The translations under genes and the position numbers were made by a program. DNA of 32,000 nucleotides from Erysipelotrichaceae bacterium (GTDB lineage: Bacteria; Bacillota_I; Bacilli_A; Erysipelotrichales; Erysipelotrichaceae). The DNA is taken from contig OY760660.1 in assembly GCA_963663995.1 (NCBI GenBank), positions 900,001 through 932,000 of the forward strand, read 5' to 3'. The notes under the pieces are model-generated. The model ran no database searches, was not told where the DNA came from, and saw only the letters and a list, made by a program, of their open reading frames with translations. Positions 9,309-17,212 of this stretch are shown piece after piece; the first letter of the stretch is position 1; every line of letters starts with the position of its first letter.

Positions 9309-10555
9309 TATGTACTCCTTTCACCATAAATTTCATTTATTCTTTGTTTTATTTCAGAAGACATTACCTGAACATTGTAAAAATCATGAATATATCTTTT
9401 CGCATTACTACTAATCCGATTATAAAATTCTCTATCATCTACGAGTTTTTTCATATAGAATTTTGCAGTTTCAATATTTGCGTCAGCCCATTGATATCCC
9501 TTTTTATAAAAATCACGTGTTTTTGAAACGCCTATCAATTTATAATCAACTAAACACGAATTCTCTGCATTCATAAATTCTGTATTAGCTGAGTAATTGG
9601 TCGCTATTGTAGGTTTGCCTAAATACATGGCTTCAGCGAGAGTTAAACCAAAACCTTCACATCGATGAAGTGATATTAAAGCATCACAACAATCAATTAA
9701 AGAATTCACTTCTATTCGTGATAAAACATCCGTCATTAAAATAATATTGGGATTGTTTAGAGTAAATTCTTCAAGTTTTTTTAAATCTTCTTCTTTCGTG
9801 TGATTCATTTTAATCACAAGTGAAACTGAATCGGTCAACCTAAAACTTTCATTGAATGCCTTTATACTCGCAAAGACATTTTTTCGTTCCATTGAACTAT
9901 TAAAATCAAATAGGGTTATAAAGATAAAATGATCATCTTTTAATGTAAAGTATTTGCGATCCAGATCTTGTTTGACGTTTACTTGTATTGGATAATGAAA
10001 TGTCTTAATTGGCTTATCAGTATATTGTGATAATGTTTCAGTAATAAATTTTGATGGGGTCCAAATCTCATCTACTAAATAAAATGCTTTCTCCCACTCT
10101 TTGGGTAGTTCTTGAAATTCCCATAACCAAAATCCAATATTATATCGTTTATGAAATACTTTCTTGCCATAATAAAATAATGAAAAAAGTAATTCGGGCG
10201 GATTCAAATGAAAAATATTAATATTATAAATAAACTTATTTGAGATTTTATTGATATAGGTCATATCATCTCTATTGATATAATCAATGTAATCGAAGTC
10301 AATGAGTGAAACATCTAGATTTGTATGACTAGCTCCTTTTATTAGTAGTCGTACACTTTCTCCTAAGCCCATTTGTCCTTTTATTAAACCAATTATATTT
10401 AATCCATTAGGAAAAGCATCTTTTTTAAAAATACTTGTATAAGTGAATTTATGATATTGATAAAAAATACTAATTAAAAAAGTCTTTAAATTTCGAATAA
10501 ACTTAAAGTGTGATAATTTTTGATAAATATTCTTAATTAGATTAAGAATATTCAT
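9305..10555 (-). CDS. Glycosyltransferase, GT-B fold (family 4/1)
   Basis: 416 aa. The C-terminal half carries the GT4 signature ISLHRCEGFGLTLAEAMYLGKPTIATNYSANTEFM (E-x7-E motif). The N-terminal GLNIIGLIKGQMGLGESVR resembles mannosyl/rhamnosyl-transferases of polysaccharide loci. Confidence 0.75.
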   Translation of the reverse strand: MNILNLIKNIYQKLSHFKFIRNLKTFLISIFYQYHKFTYTSIFKKDAFPNGLNIIGLIKGQMGLGESVRLLIKGASHTNLDVSLIDFDYIDYINRDDMTYINKISNKFIYNINIFHLNPPELLFSLFYYGKKVFHKRYNIGFWLWEFQELPKEWEKAFYLVDEIWTPSKFITETLSQYTDKPIKTFHYPIQVNVKQDLDRKYFTLKDDHFIFITLFDFNSSMERKNVFASIKAFNESFRLTDSVSLVIKMNHTKEEDLKKLEEFTLNNPNIILMTDVLSRIEVNSLIDCCDALISLHRCEGFGLTLAEAMYLGKPTIATNYSANTEFMNAENSCLVDYKLIGVSKTRDFYKKGYQWADANIETAKFYMKKLVDDREFYNRISSNAKRYIHDFYNVQVMSSEIKQRINEIYGERSTY

Positions 10556-12489
10556 TAAATATCGTTCCTATTCTTCTTAGTAAAAAAATCAAGTAGGGAT
10601 AATATAGTTGATTCTAAATGATATTTTTCAACAAATTTAGTTTTATCATAAAAGCGATTTGAATCCATTACTGGAGTCTTATATTCTTGAAAGTCTATAT
10701 AATTTATTCTTATATTGGTTTTGATTTGTATTTGAATATTTTTTAGTAATTCACTTAGCGTAAAACTTTTTTTAGATCCTAGATTATAGATATTTTCCCA
10801 GTCTTGAGAAGAAGATTTTTCAAATAGTTTAATGGCTCTTGCCCCATCTCTTACATCTAATCGATTAAATATTGAACTGGAATCAATTTTAATATTAATT
10901 TCTTTATTTATTAAAGCTTGCTCAACTAACTTTGAAATTAGATCGACATCCACTAGACCACTTGTTCCACCCATAAGTGTACCTAATCTTAAAGAACTAA
11001 CATGAATATGTTTTACTCTTTCATGAACTGCTTCTAAAAATTTCTCAGTTTGATATTTTGCATGTTCATATAAAGTCATTAATTCAATATCACATTTCTC
11101 ATCACTGACCTTACTTGTTCCATACACAGATTGGGTTGAAATATTAATGATTTTTGGAACCTGAAACTTTTCAAATAGATTAAACAATTGAAAACTAAGA
11201 TTTAAACTACTAAATATTTCTTCATCACCTAGATGAGGTCGAGCAAAAGCACAATGAATAACACTATTCACCAATGATAAATCAACTTTTCCACTAAACA
11301 AATCATGATAACTAAAGTATTTTACATTGTCATGGTTTTTTAATGCATCTTCATTTCGTGTTAACCCCCATATTTCTATTGGGTCGTCCCTATATACGTT
11401 TTCTAGAGCTTGTCCTAAGTAACCGGATATACCAGTAATTAATATAATCTTTTGTTTATGAGTTTGATTTAACGAAATGACTTTATCAGTTGTTTGCCGA
11501 ACACCAACTTTTGACAAACAAACGTTTAAATTTGAGTGAGTTTTCATCTCTAAAAAATTAATAACGCTTGCTTCAACTTCATTAAATCCCATCAATGCTC
11601 TTAATCCAGAAATGCCTGTAAATCTTGCATTTAATTCAAATATTTTAAATCCAAAATCTGTCAATCGTCCTTGAATATTGATTGGGCCAACTACTTTTTC
11701 ATCAATTAGGATTTTTATGAGTGCTTCACATTGTGCCCAAATTTCAAACTCATCTATAGGCGTAATTTCAATTGGAACTCCATTATTCAATTTATTATAA
11801 GTCATCATTTTCCCAAGAATTTGATAATCTTTACTGATGATGTATTGAATAGAGATCTCAGAAATCTGCAAATTAAATCCTTTGTTTATTGATTTTAAGT
11901 ATGCTTCGTAATTTGTATCTTGTGAATGAGGATACGCAATTTCTTGAAAAACAAATTGTTCACCACATCCGTCTAAATCACTAATTTTTTGAATAATTCT
12001 AATATTTTTAGATGCAAAACCATCAAGTGGTTTGGCAATTACAGGAAATAGTTTAGAATTTTTAACGAGTTCTTCCTTTGTATATGATTTTACAAATAAA
12101 TGTGATATCAATGGATACATTGCATGCAGATTACGTTTATCTCTTATTTTAGAAATAAAAGAATAGTCAGCTACAATAATTAAAGTATTATGCTTTTCAA
12201 TGACATCTTTATGCTTTGCTAATAATAAAGCTTCATTGTCTGATCCAGGTATTAATAAATCGATATTAAATTTTTCAATATTTTCTAAAAGAACAGTCAA
12301 ATATTGAGAATCAAAAATGGATGGAATAATAATTGATTCATCACATTCAAACGAGCCAAATGCAAGTGGATTGTTTCCCATTCCAATGCTAAAAAAGTCA
12401 ATTTGACTGAGTCTTAAAGACGCAATAACGGACTGTCCTACTCCACTCCCAATACTCATGATTCCTATACATTTTTTATTTTTGTACAT
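10555..12489 (-). CDS. Fusion protein: N-terminal ATP-grasp amidoligase domain + C-terminal extended-SDR (NAD-dependent epimerase/dehydratase/reductase) domain
   Basis: 644 aa. Residues ~1-330 carry VIAKPLDGFASKNIRII and KIFELNARFTGISGL, which are CPSase/PylC-type ATP-grasp elements. Residues ~345-644 carry KIILITGISGYLGQ (Rossmann GxxGxxG) and YEHAKYQTEK (YxxxK). Its stop overlaps the start of the downstream GT4 gene by 1 nt (TAATG). Confidence 0.7.
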   Translation of the reverse strand: MYKNKKCIGIMSIGSGVGQSVIASLRLSQIDFFSIGMGNNPLAFGSFECDESIIIPSIFDSQYLTVLLENIEKFNIDLLIPGSDNEALLLAKHKDVIEKHNTLIIVADYSFISKIRDKRNLHAMYPLISHLFVKSYTKEELVKNSKLFPVIAKPLDGFASKNIRIIQKISDLDGCGEQFVFQEIAYPHSQDTNYEAYLKSINKGFNLQISEISIQYIISKDYQILGKMMTYNKLNNGVPIEITPIDEFEIWAQCEALIKILIDEKVVGPINIQGRLTDFGFKIFELNARFTGISGLRALMGFNEVEASVINFLEMKTHSNLNVCLSKVGVRQTTDKVISLNQTHKQKIILITGISGYLGQALENVYRDDPIEIWGLTRNEDALKNHDNVKYFSYHDLFSGKVDLSLVNSVIHCAFARPHLGDEEIFSSLNLSFQLFNLFEKFQVPKIINISTQSVYGTSKVSDEKCDIELMTLYEHAKYQTEKFLEAVHERVKHIHVSSLRLGTLMGGTSGLVDVDLISKLVEQALINKEINIKIDSSSIFNRLDVRDGARAIKLFEKSSSQDWENIYNLGSKKSFTLSELLKNIQIQIKTNIRINYIDFQEYKTPVMDSNRFYDKTKFVEKYHLESTILSLLDFFTKKNRNDI

Positions 12490-12611
12490 GTAAATTTAAT
12501 ACCTTTTCATATATTTAAGTAATTTACCTAAATTCTATCATTTATTACTGTATTCATCATGTTTCGTCTTTTTAGTATATTAAGATAAAACCAATATGCT
12601 AGTATTTAACT

Positions 12612-13697
12612 ATGAAAAATACATACAAAGCACAAAATCAAAGGATAATCTATAAAACACTTAAACGAATAGATTCAATGATTAACTTTCTTCGATTTTG
12701 GCTAGTTAATTTAGTTTTTATTAATCATTACAGAAAAAGTAGTATATACATAAAATTCTTAGCAATTCTCAATGGATTCACTCCAAGTCAGTTTATACTC
12801 TTTAATTTGAAAAATAATAATAAAAATGACTATATCAGAGAAATTGATAGATTTAAGATAGATCTGATAAATGGTGAGTTTAGGCATATACTAGAAAATA
12901 AATATCAATTTTACGAGATGTTTAAAGATATTATAAATCTGCCAAAATTAAATTTTTGGATTAACAATGGTGCCATTATTGATTTTCAGTCAAAACAAAA
13001 AGTTGAAACTGAATTTCTAGTAAAAACACTAATGAAATATGGGAAATTGTTAATAAAAGAGAACATGGGTGAAAATGGTCGTAATATATTCTTATTAGAA
13101 TATAAAAACGAACAAATATATTTTGATAATCAGGTGATTGATTTAATTGATTTAGAGAAAATTATTAAAAACTTACCTTCATCTTTAATAGTTGAATATG
13201 TTCTACAAGCAAGCTATTCAAATGAAATATTTTGTGAATCGGTAAACACTATTAGGATAATAACCATTCAAGACATTAGTAGTAACTTTGACACTAAAAT
13301 AGCATTAGCAATGCATCGATTTGGGCGAAACCCAAACAAGGCGATGGATAATGCAAGGGCTGGTGGAATTTATAGTTCCATTGATATTGATACAGGAATT
13401 CTCTCTTATGGATTGTCAAATATTGATAGTAATATTTATTACAAACACCCCATAAGTGAAAAACAGATAGAAGGAATTGTTATCCCACACTGGGACGAAA
13501 TCAAGACACAAGTTATTCATGCACACAAAAATTTTCCATATTTAAAATTTATTGCCTGGGATATTGCTGTTACTGAAACAGGATTAGTTGCACTAGAAGG
13601 AAATCTATCTACAGGATTATATCTTATCCAAGCTCATAAGGGTCAACGAAATTCAGAGCTAGGTGAATTCTATAGATTACAGGGTCTTATAAAGTGA
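12612..13697 (+). CDS. ATP-grasp protein of the sugar-transfer-associated type (ATPgrasp_ST-like), paralog A
   Basis: 361 aa. KLLIKENMGENGRNIFLLEY (ATP-grasp lysine region) and the C-terminal FIAWDIAVTETGLVALEGNLSTG, which I recognise as the WDIA...E-x-N end motif of this family. No strong RBS at the annotated ATG, so the start is uncertain. Confidence 0.6.
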   Translation: MKNTYKAQNQRIIYKTLKRIDSMINFLRFWLVNLVFINHYRKSSIYIKFLAILNGFTPSQFILFNLKNNNKNDYIREIDRFKIDLINGEFRHILENKYQFYEMFKDIINLPKLNFWINNGAIIDFQSKQKVETEFLVKTLMKYGKLLIKENMGENGRNIFLLEYKNEQIYFDNQVIDLIDLEKIIKNLPSSLIVEYVLQASYSNEIFCESVNTIRIITIQDISSNFDTKIALAMHRFGRNPNKAMDNARAGGIYSSIDIDTGILSYGLSNIDSNIYYKHPISEKQIEGIVIPHWDEIKTQVIHAHKNFPYLKFIAWDIAVTETGLVALEGNLSTGLYLIQAHKGQRNSELGEFYRLQGLIK

Positions 13698-13701
13698 AAT
13701 C

Positions 13702-14751
13702 ATGTTAAACAAATTACAATCATTTATACTTTTTTACTTAAGCAATTTTATTAGCAATAAAAGAGCTTTTTTCATGATTAAACTCGTACAAAAAGATCAT
13801 AAAAAAGTAACTTTAAATGAAAATTTAAAATTGATTAAATATGCGAAAGAACAATATGGATCAATACTTTTCATGCCTTGGTTGAAAGTCTATTTCATAA
13901 TTTCTGGAAAATTTCCTTATGATTGTATTCCAGATAACTACATGGATTATTATGTTTTACCTAAAATAAATAAAAATTATCGAATGATTGCAAAAACTAA
14001 AACATTAACGAAAAGAATACTAAATACAGATCTTTTAAATGATGAATTTTTTGTCATTAACAAACATATTTATGATAAAGATATGCAAATGATTAATTTC
14101 GACATTTTAATGGATACATTAATGAGAAACAGAAAGAAGTACATTGTTAAACGCGATGATTCATCAGGTTCACAACACATTTATATTATTAACTTTGAGA
14201 ATTTTGATAAACAAAAATTAATTAATTTTGGTGACTCAGTGATACAAAGAATGATAAATCAAGATGAAGAGTACTTGCCATTAAGTCAAACTATTGCGAC
14301 TACTCTAAGAGTATCGACATTACTTGACGATAAAGGATATGTAAAAGTCATTGGGTCATACGTCAGATTATATTATGATCATTCTGATATTTTTAATCCA
14401 AATAGGAAAATTAGAATTATGGTCAAGTCAAATGGGCAATTAAATGAGATTGGTCATAATGAAAAATATATGGAAATATCGATTAATCCCCTTTCAAATA
14501 CTCCACTAAATCAGTATTGCATACCACATATTAATGAAGCTTATGAAGTTTGCATAAAACTTCATAAACAAATACCACAATTTTCTTATATTGGTTGGGA
14601 TATTGCTTTTGACAAAGATGAAGGCATTAGATTGCTAGAATGGAATACACAATATCCAAACATTACTTATCTAGAGTCAGTTTCTGGACCAATTTTCAAA
14701 GATCAATTGTGGAACAACATCTGGAAGGAAAATGGAAAATTCAGATTTTAA
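13702..14751 (+). CDS. ATP-grasp protein of the sugar-transfer-associated type (ATPgrasp_ST-like), paralog B
   Basis: 349 aa. KYIVKRDDSSGSQHIYIINF and the C-terminal YIGWDIAFDKDEGIRLLEWNTQYPN parallel the motifs of the upstream paralog. It starts 4 nt after the paralog A stop. Its 3' end overlaps the convergent DegT gene by 11 nt. Confidence 0.6.
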   Translation: MLNKLQSFILFYLSNFISNKRAFFMIKLVQKDHKKVTLNENLKLIKYAKEQYGSILFMPWLKVYFIISGKFPYDCIPDNYMDYYVLPKINKNYRMIAKTKTLTKRILNTDLLNDEFFVINKHIYDKDMQMINFDILMDTLMRNRKKYIVKRDDSSGSQHIYIINFENFDKQKLINFGDSVIQRMINQDEEYLPLSQTIATTLRVSTLLDDKGYVKVIGSYVRLYYDHSDIFNPNRKIRIMVKSNGQLNEIGHNEKYMEISINPLSNTPLNQYCIPHINEAYEVCIKLHKQIPQFSYIGWDIAFDKDEGIRLLEWNTQYPNITYLESVSGPIFKDQLWNNIWKENGKFRF

Positions 14752-15832
14752 AATAATTATTTATGCTTTGAATGATAAAATCAATTTCATCATCCTTTAG
14801 TAACGCAAAAATAGGTAAATTTACAATTCGACTTGCCAAATCCATAGATTTTTTTAAATGGTTAGATAAGTACTTATCTTTATAACATGTATACTCGCTT
14901 GCGATTGGGAAAAAATATTTCTTGGTTTCAATTCCTAAATCTAATAAATAGTGGCTTAAATCATCCCTAACCATTTGATTTTCTAAAAGTATTGAAAAAT
15001 ATATATAATTGGGCTCTACATCTTTTTGTGGTTGAAAAAATGTGATGGGTAAATGAGATAAGCCTTTGATATACTTGTTAAAAATAATTTTTCTCATTGT
15101 TACATCATTTTCAATTAAAGGTAATGTTAACAAACCCATAATGGCCTGCATCTCATTCATTTTCAAATTGCTGCCAATATAAGTGACATCACCATTTCGC
15201 ATTCCAAAGTATTTTATTAACTCTAACTTTTCTAAATACTTATTATCTTTGACAGTTACAATTCCACCTTCGATTGTATTAAATACTTTTGTAATATTCA
15301 TACTATACATATTTGCGTCACCAAACGAAGATACATCTTTACTCTTATATTTAACGCCAAAAACATGAGCTGCATCAAAAATTAACTTTAAATCATTCAA
15401 TTTTGCTATTTTTTCCAAAGCTTCAACGTTACATATATTACCTAAAACATGTACCGGTAATATGGCGACAGTTCTATCAGTTATGAGACTCTCAACTTTA
15501 GACTCATCAATTGTTAGATCATCTTTTATGTCACAAAAAACAGGAATACAGCCTTTTCTGACAATTGCATGAATAGTAGAAGGAAATGTGAATGCCGTAG
15601 TAATAATTTCTCCTTTTAAATCAAACACTTCTAATATTGATTCCAATGATAGATGTCCATTAACAAATAAAGAAAGATTATCTGTACCTAAATATTGCTT
15701 AAGTTCTAACTCGAGTTGCTCATGTTGTTTACCTTTATTCGTAAAATGATAGGACTCAAAAACTTCTTTTACTTTTTTATTATATTCATCAACATCAGGT
15801 AATAAGGGTTTTAAAAATGGTATTTTCATCAT
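14741..15832 (-). CDS. DegT/DnrJ/EryC1/StrS-family PLP-dependent sugar aminotransferase (candidate GDP-4-keto-6-deoxymannose aminotransferase / perosamine-synthase-like)
   Basis: 363 aa. IPFLKPLLPD start, FTNKGKQHEQLELELKQYLG, AILPVHVLGNICN, DAAHVFG, and YSMNITKVFNTIEGG with the Schiff-base lysine retained (so an aminotransferase rather than a ColD-type dehydratase). Nucleotide-sugar specificity is inferred only from the neighbouring manC-gmd. Confidence 0.8.
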   Translation of the reverse strand: MMKIPFLKPLLPDVDEYNKKVKEVFESYHFTNKGKQHEQLELELKQYLGTDNLSLFVNGHLSLESILEVFDLKGEIITTAFTFPSTIHAIVRKGCIPVFCDIKDDLTIDESKVESLITDRTVAILPVHVLGNICNVEALEKIAKLNDLKLIFDAAHVFGVKYKSKDVSSFGDANMYSMNITKVFNTIEGGIVTVKDNKYLEKLELIKYFGMRNGDVTYIGSNLKMNEMQAIMGLLTLPLIENDVTMRKIIFNKYIKGLSHLPITFFQPQKDVEPNYIYFSILLENQMVRDDLSHYLLDLGIETKKYFFPIASEYTCYKDKYLSNHLKKSMDLASRIVNLPIFALLKDDEIDFIIQSINNYFKI

Positions 15833-15842
15833 ATGACTTCCT

Positions 15843-16781
15843 TTAATAGAAATATTTGATTAATAAATGTCGGATCAAAGTTGAATATTTCGGTGAGAAA
15901 TATTCAACAATCAAAAATAATCGATGTGTTTTAGTTTTATAATTAATTTTTGAATAATATTCCTTGAATGTCATATCCTTTTTAATATAAGTATCGATAA
16001 ATTCAATGTGTTTTGTAATATAAGAATTAAATTCATACTTTGTTTCAATATTATATTGTTCAAGAAAATCTCTTTTTAGTTGATAAGTTTTATATAAAAT
16101 TTGAGGATCTTTCGCTAATCGATCTGACCAAGAATTTTTAACACCTGTTCTATATACAGACATTACTTCAGCAAGATAATATATTCTACCCAATGTAACA
16201 ACATGATGTGTAATAATTGAATCTGCAGTCCTAAGTTTTATATAAAAATCTGGCATCAACATCACACCTCTTCTTACCATTAAACTATTGAAATGGAAAA
16301 TGGGGTTAAAAGATTTTATAACTGAACTTTGATCTACAAATCCGTTATTTCTTTGATAATAGTGATTTCTTCTAATTTTTGTATTTTGATTAAAACTTTT
16401 ATAAGCATGCGCTACTAACGAAACTTCATTAAACCTTTCAAGAATATCGATTTGTTTTTCGAGTTTATAAATATCTGTCCAATAGTCATCACCTTCACAA
16501 AATGCAATATATTCACCAGAACTTTGTTGAAAATTCAGCATATTCACTGACTTTCCTTTCGAATATTGATTCTCATCCTGCAAAATAACTTTAAATAATT
16601 GAGGGTATTTATTTTGATATTCCCTGATGATATAAGCTGTATTATCAGTTGATGCATCATCATGAATGCAAATTTCAAAATCATATTTTGTTTTTTGCAT
16701 TATAAAACTATCTAACGCTTTTGCAATGTATTTTTCATGATTAAAACAGTGACACAGTATGCTAACTTTTGGCTTATTCAT
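15843..16781 (-). CDS. Glycosyltransferase family 2
   Basis: 312 aa. KVSILCHCFNHEKYIAKALDSFIMQ, ICIHDDASTDNT and FCEGDDYW (DxD) are typical GT2 motifs. First gene after a 430-bp non-coding gap. There is no good RBS within 10 nt of the ATG; AAGGAGAG lies 27 nt upstream. Confidence 0.8.
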   Translation of the reverse strand: MNKPKVSILCHCFNHEKYIAKALDSFIMQKTKYDFEICIHDDASTDNTAYIIREYQNKYPQLFKVILQDENQYSKGKSVNMLNFQQSSGEYIAFCEGDDYWTDIYKLEKQIDILERFNEVSLVAHAYKSFNQNTKIRRNHYYQRNNGFVDQSSVIKSFNPIFHFNSLMVRRGVMLMPDFYIKLRTADSIITHHVVTLGRIYYLAEVMSVYRTGVKNSWSDRLAKDPQILYKTYQLKRDFLEQYNIETKYEFNSYITKHIEFIDTYIKKDMTFKEYYSKINYKTKTHRLFLIVEYFSPKYSTLIRHLLIKYFY

Positions 16782-16891
16782 TTTTTTGTCAAAGAAATAG
16801 ACGACTCTCCTTTATACATTACAAAACATCTTCAGAATTTTCATCATACACAAAAAGCATATCACAATGATTTTAAATGTTGATTTCAATT

Positions 16892-16900
16892 AGTATAGCA
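16892..16900 (-). promoter_or_regulatory. Candidate extended -10 promoter element (TGCTATACT) for the GT2-DegT transcription unit
   Basis: The reverse complement of 16892-16900 reads TGCTATACT (TGnTATAcT), about 110 nt upstream of the GT2 start. Sequence pattern only. Confidence 0.25.
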
Positions 16901-17212
16901 TCACATTTTCTTTAGATAATTATCTCTTATTAGAATTTTTAGATTATTATATATGATTTTTTATCAATATGTTTCTAAAAGTAAGTTTAATTTTAAAATA
17001 AAAATTCGAAAATCAGTTTCTATTGATTTGATTTTAAGTCTGTGTGATTGTCTTTATTTTATTTAGATATTTACTTTGTTACGCTTCAACAATTCTTTCT
17101 ATATTATTAATGGCTCATTATCATGCTTGTGTATTTCAAAATCAATATCATAAATTGCATTAGATAACTATTAATCGCTTAAGTGTTATAGTTTAATTAT
17201 GCAATTAAGGAA

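Noticed and set aside
9196-9526. Two plus-strand ORFs (9196-9414, 9293-9526) across the manC/GT4 junction
   Set aside because: They are antisense to two translationally coupled, motif-supported genes, and I recognised no features in them.
15183-15368. 61-aa plus-strand ORF inside the DegT gene
   Set aside because: It is an antisense shadow ORF. The DegT frame carries the PLP-lysine motif across this region.
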